Assembly (NCBI GenBank): GCA_965637545.1 | Contig: OZ281501.1 | Location: forward strand, 6,882,001-6,946,000 | Reading direction: 5' to 3' | Length of the DNA stretch: 64,000 nt | Origin: Phallusia mammillata | Taxonomy: Eukaryota | Shown here: in pieces, positions 23,101 to 36,300 of the stretch | How the letters are laid out: the number at the start of each line of letters is the position of its first letter | Position numbering within the stretch: the first letter of the stretch is position 1 | Notes under the pieces: model-generated | The model's input: only the letters and a program-made list of their open reading frames with translations | The model's database searches: none | What the model was told of the DNA's origin: nothing | Program-made: the position numbers and the translations under genes

Positions 23101-26100
23101 CAAATAAAAAAGTACCGTAACTAGTTACTTCGTCTTATTAAAACCGGGATTTGAATTCATTAAGGTTTATTACTGTTCTTTAGTGAATTGAAAGATAATT
23201 GCAACTTTAGCCGCTTTTTTTTCAAACCAATGCAAGATTAGCAAGAATTTCATGTTTACAGTGTTTTAAAATCAGCTGTTTTTCTCGATAAACAGCTTTG
23301 ACCAAAAACTTACCTCCAGTGTAGTGATGATTTCTTCGCTTTTTATGGTCGCGTACACTGACGAATTCGATACAGAGGGATTGGTGAAAATCGGCTTGTT
23401 GTCATTCACGTTGATGACGTCAACACGCAAGTTGGTCCGCGTCGATTGTGGGGGATTCCCCATGTCCCTGGCCGTCACCACAAGCTGTAGCCATGGCAAC
23501 AGGTTTAGATTTTTGTTTGAAAATTCGCTTTTGAAGCTTAGTTTATATTTTGTGTTGTAAAGTGAAAAAGTAACAGTATATCAAAGGTAGTAAAACTTTA
23601 AGTGGAACATTATAGGCAAAGTGACAAACAAATGCATCATAAAAATGGAGTTAGCTTGAGAAACGACTTTTTTGCATTACCAGAAACTTTTGACAACAAA
23701 ATTTATTCAACCGTTTATGAATTCTTTTTTCATTTTACCTCCCACTTTTTCTTGGTTTCGTAATCAAGTTTTCCAGCAAGTTTGAGCGTGCCTGATTGCT
23801 CGTCGATGTTAAAACATCCTTTACCACCTTCCAGTCGATAGCGGATAACTCCATATGACGATGGAACGATGACATTGTCCTATAAAACAGTAAATGCACT
23901 GTCAGAAATGCTACGTCCAAAAAGCTTTGAAACATTAAATCATTCTTTCAGAAACAAACATATTTGTGATGGGGCTAAAATACGTTTTAGTTTGAATAGC
24001 CCATTGATTCCTTTGGATATTGCTTATAACGCATAATCACATCTCAAACAGTTGCCTTACAACTAAACCACTCCTCGACCAAGCTGCAAACAAACCACAC
24101 ACAAGGAAACACACGCTGAAACCCAAGCCGTGCTAATGACGTGTTTACCGTTGTGCAAATGCCCGAATCGTTGAAACCCAGGAAAGTCGAGTTCCTTCTT
24201 AACCTTACCTTAACTAGTCGATACGCTGGTTGATACAGGGCGTCACGGTCCGTCGCGGTTACCACAGCAACCGAAGTACCGATCTCGGTGCTTTCGGAGA
24301 GACGCAGAGGTGCCACGTGATCAAAGACAGGCGAGTTGTCGTTTTCGTCGAGAAGAAAGATGGTGAGGTTTTGAAACGAGCACCTTGATAAAGTAAAATA
24401 GTGTTAAATTGGATATTAATTTTGATTCTAAAAATAAAGTGATTTAAATCTAGTGGGAAACAAGACGTTTTTTTCGGATTTTGGCAAAATCGAGAGAAAA
24501 ATAGTTTCTCTGTAAAAAGTTCATATTTTCCGTTTTAATATTTCATTCTTCTTTAAAATTGTTTCTTATTCCCCCTTTTTTCTTGTTCAAATACTTGATT
24601 TTAATTTCATTCTTCTTTTAAATTGTTTCTTTTTCCCCCTTTTTTTTCTTGTTCAAATACTTGATTTTACTAAAATTAGTTTTATTTGTTTCGCTTTAAA
24701 CTTGAAAGTTCTTGTTTTCTGTACCATTCCTATTTCAAGATGTTTCTTGTGTCCCTTATTTCATTACCTTCCTTTTTCAAAACTTCGTTCTCTAAAATTT
24801 GTTTCCTATTTTGCCTTTTAAAAATATATTTTCAATACTTGGTTCCCCTTGAAACTTCCCCATAAAAATACTTCCGTTTTAAAACCTCGACCCTCACCTG
24901 CTAATAGTTCCGCGATCGCATGAACGAACATCAACCACAAATCCAGGGATACTTTCTCGATCCAGCTGTCGTAGGGTGCTGATAAATCCATCCTCCAGCT
25001 CAAAAAATCCTTCCACGGCCGCTCCCAAAATCGGGGTGACGTCATCGCTGTTTGTGACGTCACCAGCGTTACGCGTACTTGGGTATTCGAGGGTTCGGGT
25101 GGTAATGGTGGTTACGACTTGGCCGTTCATGCCGCTGTCTCCGTCAGTAGCGGTTATTTGAGCCACGATTATACCAGTGTCCTCGGTTTCTTTTAAATAT
25201 GCTGCAAGTAAAATTTAATTTAGAATATGTTTTGTGTATTTTTGCAGTTACAAAGAAAAACTCGTATAGTTGGTGCAATATTGTTCATTTTAATGACTGT
25301 TCAAAACTATTAAATCAAAATATTAAACATATTTTGTATTTTGAGGCAAGTTTGATAATAGAAATATCCATTATTCTTAACCTTACAGCTTATCTTGTTT
25401 TAACATTTTATTGTTGTTTTCAATACACACTCTACTGACACCTACCGGTATTATCCTTTGAAGCCCCAATGATCATGGTTTGAATCACTGGTGAATTATC
25501 GTTGACATCAACAACACGAATCTCCAAAAACTTGTTGCCCACTTTCGAGTTGTCGCCGCCCTGGTCACGTGCCCCGATTATGATTCGAATTCTACGAGAC
25601 AAGAAGCATTGTTACGTCACAAAATGCTGAAATCATCATTTACAAAAAAATTCAAAAAAAAACAGAAAAAGTCTTATGTCTTCATTTTGTGTCAAACGAA
25701 TTTCTTTTTCTTTGACAAAATGACACATTTCTTTGACAAAATGATTATCAAATATTGATAGACCTACGTTCGTAATGACATTATCACTTAGTTGGTCTTG
25801 TCTTGACTATCACTAAATATATTCACGGTTTGAGAAATAAATCGCACGTTTGTTCAAAATTTATTTTAACAATTCTACAAAACTTCTTTACATGCCGAAA
25901 ACACAATGACGTCACACAAATCTATGTTACGTCATGCACTCAATGATGCAAACTTACTTGTCGTGTTTAGCGTAATTTAGGTGGCGATTTAGGTACACCC
26001 GTCCGGTTTCTGGGTCAACTCTTACAAGTTTCCGTGCTTCCAGAGAGTTGCCGCGTTTTGGGATAAAATATCGAACTTGTCCGAATTCGTTGCTGTCCCG

Positions 26101-28540
26101 GTCATGCGCCTCAACCGTTGTGATAATCTCTCCGACAGGAAGATTTTCTCGTAAGTCAACAGTAACAACCTGAACATAGTTAAGTTTGTGTTTTAGTTTT
26201 TACGGCAAAGGCTTTGACGCGAATTGTGTAAAGTTCAGTTTGTTGACCGACAAGACTTTTAACGGCTAAAACACTAAACATATGGATCTGTTTATAAATT
26301 TATGACGAATTTAACAAAAAGCGACATCCCAAATAGATGCAAAAAGCGACATGTTTATTAAACGTTTTGGCAAATGCTTATGCCATCATCTGTGATACAA
26401 ATTAAGTTTTTGTACAAACTATATTAGTCTTTGTGTTGGCACATTTAAGTTTTAAAGTACCGATTTACACCGTATTTTATAACTTAAAAAAGAGCCTAAC
26501 TTAAAAGAGAAAATTCGACAAACAAAAAACCCAAATCGCTACACCTCGCGTAACACAATTATGCTTGGGACACTCTGTCGAAAATCTCTCACAATTATCG
26601 CAAGATTTATCGCTGAGCCTCAAAACAAACCACAAGTTTCGATTTTTAGCTCACGGCCAATATGAATTATGCAACAAAGAGGTTCACCGCAGTTTGGTTC
26701 GCCCTGGTCTACAATCAGCAACGTGGTCTTACCGGAGTATTGAAAACAGGGGCATTGTCGTTGGCATCGATAATGTTAACTCGCAGTAAAGCACTGGTAG
26801 ATTTAATAGGTGTTCCGTCGTCTGTAGCCCGAATAGTCAGTTCTTCAGTATCAGAGCGTTCATGATCTGAAAAATTGAGATAATGTAATTTTGCGTTTTT
26901 TTCGAAATCAATTTAATTTTTATTCGCTGGGTTTTTGACTTAACAAACTGTAAACCGGTGGTTCCCAACGTTTATCGACGAATTCCTCATTTAACAATAC
27001 AAAACATTCTCATTTCTCTCCAATACACTACATAGTAAATGCTAAACCATACAAAGATCATTTAAAATCGGGTCTTTTATCAACTTCACTGGTTATATTC
27101 CCAGAGCTAAAGTGTCTATTAACAAACCACAAGTACAAATTAAAGTCAATTCCTCCCTTAGAAGTAATTCCTCCCCCGGTTGGTAACCACAGTGGTAAAC
27201 TATGCATGGTGAACGTAGAAAGGTAAAATATGGTGTTATGAGCTTACCTAGTTCATCAGCAACCACTAATTCAAGTCTACGAGCTCCAGTATCGTCTTCG
27301 TACTCATTTAGACCAAAGAACGTATTTCGCTGCATCTTGTAAGTGACTCTAGCGTTTTGTCCTACATACACAAAAAATACAACACAAATTATTTTCAAAA
27401 CCTATACATACGAAAAAGTTTTTTTAAGGTTAAAAATATTTCTTGTTGTCGGCAATAAAATCTTAACTGAAAATAACGAATCAGTAAATATTCCTATAGT
27501 TAAACTTCAATAAACAAAATACATTCACTCGGCTAAGATACAAAAAGAGGTATCATATTGGGCTTCAAAAAAGAAAAAAATACATTCACGAGGCTAAGAT
27601 ACAAAAAGAGGTATCGTATTGGGCTTCAAAAAGAAAAAAAAGTGTAAAGTCGATTGACATACCGATATCCCGATCTGTAGCCATGAACTGATCGAGGGGA
27701 ATTCGTTTGTTCAGATGAGCCGATTCGCTTACATTCACAACGATCGGATCGACTGGAAATACCGGCGGGTTGTCGTTTTTGTCAGCCACGTCCAACTCGA
27801 TGTTGATAATTTGCAAGTCGCTTTCGGGTTGACGCACAACCTAGTGACCATAGAAATCGTTTAAAATTTGTAAAAATAGAAATCATAAATCAAAAGCAAA
27901 TAACTTTTTGAAAAAAACATACGATTTTGTATATTTAAATGGGAAAACTAAATAAAAATTCCAAAAATACACCAAAAAAAGCCTTTAAGATCATGAAACT
28001 GATATTATATTGGGACGGCTTTCTCACCTTGACAACTATAACACAGTCTTGTGTAGAATCAACTCCACAGTCCTCTTCTCTGTCAACTGGTGTGTTCACG
28101 GAAAGAACCCCAGTCATTCTGTTCAGTCTCACCCATATTGTTTTACTATCGAGAACTTCAGATCCAGATTTCATTTCTTGGTGTTTAAGCTCGAAATAAA
28201 CCCTGGACTGTACATCTTGTGGTAGATTTTTCTTGAGGTTGTAGATTTCTGCACCTACGCAACAAATGATGGGTTAGTGACTTCATAAGGGCAATTTTTG
28301 GAATTTGTACAATTTTTATCTATAAATAACAATTGCTCAAAAAAAACATATTAGTATTTATTTTTGAGGCGAAGTTTGTTACACATGTTTTAAGAAGATT
28401 TATTTTGACGTTTCAAAATTACCTCTGCTTTCTTCTTCCAAATAGGTCAGTCTTAATGACGTCACAGACACGGCGTCACAGAACGCGACAAATGTGACAA
28501 TGGACAAGAGAAATAATGACGCAAAAGCATCGCGCGTCAT
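20142..28540 (-). CDS. Delta-2-type protocadherin (PCDH17/18/19/10-like), 18 coding exons, ~1177 aa
   Basis: Exons 28423-28540, 28028-28254, 27663-27840, 27248-27361, 26733-26866, 25958-26169, 25446-25591, 24898-25201, 24209-24383, 23739-23879, 23314-23484, 22902-23072, 22284-22505, 21821-21990, 21581-21686, 21369-21471, 21061-21231, 20142-20812. Signal peptide, six cadherin repeats (DRE, DKNDNPP, DANDNAP, DVNDNSP, DENDNSP, NVNDNKP), TM helix, juxtamembrane RCKRENKEIRTYNCR, CM1 (DSGRGDSD), CM2 (CTQSCLDIGHSDKCWLP), C-terminal IIDDIDQLI helix. Confidence 0.95.
24540..24669 (+). repeat. ~64-bp tandem duplication in a protocadherin intron
   Basis: atttcattcttcttt...cttgttcaaatacttgatttta x2. Confidence 0.85.
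27520..27641 (+). repeat. 61-bp tandem duplication in a protocadherin intron
   Basis: tacattcac..ggctaagatacaaaaagaggtatc.tattgggcttcaaaaa.gaaaaaaa x2. Confidence 0.9.
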
Positions 28541-30241
28541 GATTACGGCAATCAGCTGAAACAACAAAAAATCAAATGATTAGACATTACCCAATTGACA
28601 AAAACGACTTTGTATTACTCGGCAAAGGCAATTGCCCCTACTTAACCTTATTGCCCTTATTTTCGCTATTAACTATAGTAGATGTTGAAACGGTGAATCG
28701 TAATCGCAAAATGGATCAAATGATTCGCTCTGACAGAATATGTCGAACTCACAGGTCATGATCTGACCACGCCCTTTGTGATTTTGTCGTTTTCCATGCA
28801 TAACTAAAATGAATGAAGGGAAAATCGATTTGCTATAACAAACAGTTGCAAAGCGCGCAGAAGCGGAAAGGCCAGTAATTTGATCTGAAGTCTTGCTTGA
28901 TTTTAGCGACATACGATACTGCCTTATTACTCGCTATGTTGTCGTAAATCAAATTGGACTCGGTGCCCGGGTTTTGGTAGAAAATGTCGCAATGCTGTGT
29001 GGGTTGACGCAAGGGATTTAGGTAATTTTAAACCTCAGTCCCTAAGACTTAAAAATGTTCATAAGGGTACATGGACTAAAATATGCATGTTTGCTTTCAT
29101 CAAGATGGCCTTTTATGAACTTTTAATAAGGTGTAGTTAGATGATGTATTTTCATTGGAACACAATAGTACGGCACGTGGACAAACAAAAGTCAACAATT
29201 ATTTCAACAGCACTTCGCTCTTGAAAAGCGCTAGGTCATGCAGCCTGGTTATACACCGCAACACGCTCATTGTAAAACAGATAAAAGGCGACCCTGAAGC
29301 CAATACCATGCCGACATTTTGTTCTAGACATACTCACAAGAGACGTTTGACAAAACTTGACAAGCACGAAAGCCGAGTAATTTTTAACTAATTTTTCGCT
29401 TGACTACATGTGGGCTCAAAGTTGAGTTTTTTTCTGGTCTGAGTTTTGTGCTTGAGCTAGACATGGCTGTGTGTAGCGCATGGAACTCTCTGTGCTATTG
29501 TGTTGTTCAACTACGGTGGCGTTATTAGCATTGTATTGTCACGCGTGATGTCTTATGACCCGCATGAAGGAATTCGAGCAAATGGCTGAAAATATAAACA
29601 GCTTCGTGCGATGGGTCCGGAGTAATTCACTTCACTTGAGGGGTGAAGTTTATAAAGGTGAATCTTTTCGGTCAAGGTTACTTGAAAACAAAGATAAATA
29701 GCGAGCCCAAAATTGCTTAATTTTGTAAACAAATTCTCAAGAACGTCTACAATTTGATAGCTTGCTAAGTTTACATCATTTACTCAAGCAATGGGTACTG
29801 TATTTCCAACCATTTTTCAATTTCAACACAACCTTATTAGCCGGCGTTTTGTTATATTTTAGCCAAGCGATAAATCAGTGTTGTCTAAATGCACCAAGGC
29901 GGGAGCTTTGATCAATAGATGTCTTAGGAAGATTAACCAACCGCCATAGGCTACAGTTGATCAAGATCACAAGCCTACCCCTTCAAGTCAAATTTCATCA
30001 CATATCGACACAGATAATGCAGAAAATCGACGCCCATCGTAGCTTATACCACATCCATGTCCTATTTTTAATAACACTTAAAAAATTCTTTAATCATCAC
30101 ATATTTCGACGGGTCGACCTTAAATCTCGCCTTTTACTTCATAACACCGCTGTCAATTCGCGGATTAAATCTTAGATGAAAGTCTCAGGTCCGACTGTAC
30201 GTGTGAGGATTCAATCGGTGGCAAGTCAATCGGCACCCCAC

Positions 30242-30310
30242 TGGCCAGCCAGCTGGTTTAGTGTGAAGGCCGGGTCTTTACAACAGATGTGAGGTTCAAT
30301 TTCGCCCGCT
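30242..30310 (+). mobile_element. tRNA-derived SINE-like head (degenerate)
   Basis: A-box-like tggtttagtgtg and B-box-like ggttcaatttc at tRNA-like spacing. No complete cloverleaf. Confidence 0.4.
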
Positions 30311-33300
30311 GTTTTACTCTGACACCAGTAGAGAGACCACTTGACAAATTTAGCCACGTTGTAAGTAAGGGTCAATACACAAGGCGACTTGGTAATTAAT
30401 TAAGCCGGCGACTTGGCTTATTTCGACAAATTATCAAGGGAGACCTTTAATCCATATTGATCGAAACAAGCTGAATTAAGTGCATAGACGACACATTGTA
30501 ATGCTGATTGGACGAACAATTACTACCAGCAAAATATGTCTTAAATTGCCTTAAATTGTTTTCGCAAGTTGTTTTTGGACTGAACCAAGGAATAGAGAAT
30601 ATTTGACAGTGACAAACGATCTACTGTTTAACTTTCCGCTTGATGTCGTATTTACGGTCAGTGCACTCGGTCAACCGACTTACCGACAAATCAACTCAAA
30701 TCTATGGAGAAACCCGATCACCTCCTTGTCACGGTTGTGCATGCTGAATATTGTTAAAAATCAGAGAAAGTCGCTCATGCCTATCTAAAAGCTGAGTCAT
30801 CGTAAACGTCGAACCGCAAAATAACAGCTCAATCTTGAAGGCTGATTTATAGAAAAAATGATTGCACTAAAATAACTGAAAAATGATTGCACTAAAATAA
30901 GCACAATTTGGCTTTTATCTAGTGATTTGACATGATAACACAAGAAACTGTCTGGCCACAACACTTGTATCAGATATTACCCGTTAAGAACCACGAATCC
31001 CAAAAGACAAAGGGGTCGCTTTCGGATGCTGAAATCAATGAAAGGCCGGAAAGAGCATTTATCTGCATAAAAACCAGCACAGTGCCGTAAAATTACATTA
31101 ACCCGAATAAGTCAGTACTATTGTGTGACCCCAATATCTGTGCAGTGGTGCAGCAAAAGATCACAGGCCTTTAATCGGATCTGCCGACAGACAGGCAGGT
31201 TCCTGGCCGACATAAAGGCCCCGCATATGCCCCTTGAGGCCAAGGGCCACTACATTCCCGTAGTAAATTTGTGCCAAATCCCTATCTTAAAACCTGTTTA
31301 GAGTGTACACGCCCAGTAATGAAACACAGTCCACAAAATTTGGTAATTGGACTAATTTTATGCTTTCCCTTTTTTTGTTTGAATCCAATAAGTTCGTTTC
31401 AACTTTTTTCAAAAAAGCATTATAATTTCTGATCTATGCTTAAATATATCATATACATTTGCAAGGTAAAAATCTATCATAAACGTCTATCTGAACAAAA
31501 ATCGCTGCCTCAAGCCAACTCCCATACTATAGCAAAGTCTAAATGTAAAAAAAATCTTGACCACATGCAAACAGTCGTTAGTCACAAAAAAATTCAACGT
31601 CTCCAAACGGCTTCTAGTTTGTTTTTCGAAGAGATTAAACATCGAGAAGACGCTCGCTCTAATCTAGGCGCCGTTGTGGGCACCCGAACACCTGGATGAA
31701 CTTGTACACGAGCCGGGAGCATCTACAACCTAATTACATGGTATTAGCAAAGCGATCATGGAGCCACACACATGTGCGATCCTCTTATCTAAACAGCCTT
31801 ATGTTATGTCTGTTGCGCTGACCTCGAAAAGAGATTCCAGCAGACGCCGAAGTAATTTTTCAGCAGGAATTTGTCCACTGGAATTAATCGCCTTACGTTT
31901 AGAATGTTTGTGAATTTGATTACTAAAGTTGTGTTGTTATAAACGATATATGATACGTTGACAGAATGGAGTAACCGTCCTTTCACTTTTAAAACATTTA
32001 AAAAAAGGAATATCCAGATAATTTAATCACATGGGCTATCGACTTTAGGCGAAATTTAGTTAGGAAGCCTTACACCGAAATTTGGCATACAGATGGCATA
32101 ATAACGACCTGTCCTTTGACGCTAATTGGGTAAGGCCACAAAACTCGCATGGGGCTTGACACTTCAGGCGCTTAAATTTAATAGATTCGGAAAAAATTGC
32201 CCTCTTGGGGATGGAGACCGCCCCCTGTCAGACCACAGCGGGAAATTTGCCACAAATTTCGCGCCTAGGAAAATCCAATCCTAGTTCTAGTGACGTACAG
32301 TTTAAACGAAGTACTTAAACTGTTCACAAGCCAATGTACAGAAGAAATATACTTTTTCTTTTAGTTTAAGTAGAAAATTTAAACAAAACAATAAGGAAAG
32401 TTTATAAAATTTGCCTGGCAATAACACTATACTCATTGCTCCTAAAAAAATGCAAAAATGTTTGCCAAATGAGAGCTTCATAAAAACTCGAACTCCTAAA
32501 ATATTAAACTATCGTAAATTGCTACATATTCTTTATGAAAACTCACATACCAAACTTACATTCACAAAGTTTTGAATACACACTGCTGACATGCGATTCC
32601 TACCAGTTGAACTAACTTACAATTACTAACACCTGTCGTACACTAACTTAACTACTTAAGTAACTTTAACTGCTGCTGACAGGAAAACTGCTCCACTTAG
32701 CTTAAACAACCGACGTGAATGACGTACTAATCAAATTGAAATCATCATTCGGTCCATTACACTGCTCCCAATTCGCAGGTCTAGACGAATTGCTTTAATT
32801 GACGGTAAAAAATTAGCAACAGCGGGAAGCCTGTTGTACTGCACAGCATGTAGTCCATTGTTTCACTGCGTCACTGCATTGTATTCTGTCGTAATAGAGC
32901 GTGAAAGACTTGGCGCGCAGATCGGTCATGAAAATTTCACGGCATGTTAGCAAAAGTGATACAGTTGGTGTTTCACATGACACGACATGTGCGTTCCATG
33001 ACGAACGACCCAAATCCACTGAAATACACAAGCGCATAATCCAACTGCACCTCTGGCTATTAAATTCGGAAAGGCATTAACCAAATCCAATTCAAATTGC
33101 ACCATAACATATTTATTCATTGACTCGCCCAGAAACTCACCAAAACTTGAAGACAATGCAAAATTTAAAAACATCACTCTTATTGTGCATATTTCAATAA
33201 TCGCGTCTTTGCGACACTGGCTTTAAGCTACTGTGAACAGAAGTTTGAAATTGGTCACAAAAAGCAGAATTCATCAAAGATACCCGGCGAATTGTGTCAA

Positions 33301-36300
33301 GGGTACTTAGGGTACATCTTGATTTGCTTGTACCTAAAGCTGACCACACGTAAAGTGCCGCAAATCGATATGAAGATGTTCCCGCAAATCGTAGAGCACC
33401 AACAAATTAACAACTGAACAAAGCACTAGGTATGAGCAACCTAAAACAACGAGAACTTACACAAACTCTCACCAAGGCTCTCAACAACCATTGTTTATCG
33501 ACAGCTGTGATTAACAAAATACGAAGTGACACTATATGTCTGCTTCAACTGGAGTTTCAAGAGATAAGTATCTACGTCAAACCAGCAAGCACAAGGTAAC
33601 AACCACTGTTGAGTTGTTTTGGTAATCAGTTAAACAAACAGTAATTTTCAATTGGACTGGCCAAGTCATGCGGTGTTTAAATAACATGTTATTGCGTCAT
33701 AACAGCGCGCGTGCCAGCAAGGTTTTAAGTCAGTAATTGGTCAAAACTGCTTTTGATTCATACACTATCACTGAACTGTCGATAATCACTGGCTTTCGCA
33801 AATAACTTAGGAACTTTTCAACGTAACTGATTAGGAGAAAAAGGCAAAAGCTACGCGAGCGAAAGGGGAATTGTAAATAAAACTTTCAATGGAAAGGTAA
33901 TTACTTAATTGGACCATTCAAGCTTTGGCGCGAAAGGAACATATTCATTTTACGGTTCGCCATGTCGTATAGGCTTACTTCGGTGAAATTTGCCAGCTTA
34001 ATTTTACAATGCGCTAGCAACGGCCAACTGTGGGAAAACACAGCTAACAACAATTTAACTTGCCAAATCATAGGACAGGCTATCGAACGAGGTGTCAGAT
34101 CAACACTTAATGGCGATTTGCACTTAAACAAAGTGCTCATTAAATTTCGTGGCCTATTTAGTAATACATGTAACCTAATTGCACCAGTGCCAACTGTACT
34201 GTACAATTGTCCTACAATTTGGAGTATTTCCCTTTACATTGAGACTAACTTTCCACAGGGATTACACCAAACTTAACTTATACTGAAGTCTGGGGAATGT
34301 ATGTCAACGAGAGTCGGCCATCTTGTATCGACAACGCCTAATACTTGTCAAAACAGTTTACCACGGCCCGGATTAAAAAGGAGGCTTCTATAGTGCTTCA
34401 AAAACACGATAACGGACTTGCTTTGATGTGGCTAATATAAAAACCTCTTAAAGCTAGCAGTTTTGTTATGCAAAACTAAACCTGTGACTCGCTTTAAATT
34501 CCAACACATACCCTAAATCGCAATGAACAGGATACATTACGTAGCGATATACCGGACAAGAGTAGAGTCATATAAGTCCAGTTGGCTTGACCCTAATGAC
34601 CGATACAGACTGTAGTAAGCGACAGCTGTTTTAGGCTAACCGACATCTGGCTTGAATGCTATCCGCACAGAGAGTTATGTTGAAAGTTCTCACCTTAAAT
34701 TGAGTTCCGATTCTTTTCACAGTTCGCCTTTAAATTCTTCGCTATGACGTATTGACGGCTTCAAATCCCCGATCAATATGTTTCCTTCAAGCCTTTACGA
34801 TATTTCCGCACCGGGAAATATTCAGTTCACAAATCCAGAATCATAAGTAATTGAGTTTTACAGCTTATAACACGCCTGCTGACAAGAATTATCATTTACT
34901 TTTAAATACAGTGGGAAAATAATCCGTACGATTAAGAACCGTGTCGTATAAACAAGCTTTTCGTTACTGACGCATTTCCGTAAATATTTATGGTTACAAA
35001 ACGAACGCCGGCCGCCAAGCGACCAATTAAGCGATCGTCCTGGATTTCGCTAAACGTAATCATCACAACTTGGCTCAAGCCCGGGAAAACATTGCCGCGA
35101 ATCCGGGCGTTAGGTTTAGATAAGGCCCGAGCCGTAAACCAACAAAAGCTGTGGCCACAATGTGCTACCTACACGCCATAAAACGTTACCTGCGCCACAC
35201 CTAAATGCCTGTACCAACAATTATGTCAATGAACTGAAGATTCTAACGGACTGTTTATTTTCCAGAATTTATATTGCGCTGTTGATTTTTACACCTCGAG
35301 ATAATGGATTAACCGTTTTGCCGACATTTATTTAAAATTACGCAATGTCTGTATATTTGTTCTCTACTGATATTTCTGCATTTCGCGTTTTCTTAATCTA
35401 AAAATACTTCTTGCTGATTTGCCTTCGCTTGCAACGCAATTTTCGGGTTCTGCTTTACAAAAGCTTTCATAATCCATTGATCACTTGACTCGCTGGTGCA
35501 GCAAATAAATGTGAACATAACACTAAACTGGACAGAAAGCCACGCGCCGAATGTTTCGCAGAAATTCGAAATGCCGTCAAAGCCCCTTCAAACGTAATGC
35601 ACGCGCCTGGAAAATGCCGGGTACGCTAATCCGGATACAAAAAGCCCTCGGACGATACTAATTGCAGCGTTTGACTCCAGTCTTCTATAATTCAGCAAGG
35701 TCTGCAGACTGAACGATATGTAATTTTTCAAGAACTGCTGCTCGTAGTCGGCGAACAAAGCTAGCACTTCGGAAGTATTTAGTCGAACATGCAGCTGTAA
35801 TAAGCACACACTTTGCCGAATGCAACAAAACAGCAAATTAGTCTGGTTGGTAATATTTTCCGGCGACAGGAAAAAACACCCCCTATGGATGGTTTTTGGT
35901 TACCGCCCCTTGCATTTAGCAAGCGACAATGCGCAATTTACAAGTCCCAAGAGAACAGTTTCTACAAAATTCTTGCACGCTTTTGTTTAACTCTAGTTCT
36001 TTGAAAGACCTGTTTTCCTGAAGTTATTCTTTACACCTTAAAATATACACTTAAGTTGTAAATGCTAAGCTGTACCATACACAGACTCTCAACAACCAAT
36101 ATCAGGAATATACGCTAAAGCTCCTACCACTACTACTTTCTGCTGTAAATAAACGGCTGTTGATATGGAACGGCTAACACGCTGCCCAGCAAAAAAAGTC
36201 TGCGTCTGGTTCAGGGCGTCTTTCGCGCATTCATGACGCTTCCGTGCCTTTTCCACGATGTGCTCCGCCGCGGTTTCGGCTCTATGTGTGTCTGGATGTC

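Noticed and set aside
33432-33599. 55-aa ORF (MSNLKQREL...) in the gene-free region
   Set aside because: Short, no recognisable motif, no linked exons; expected by chance.
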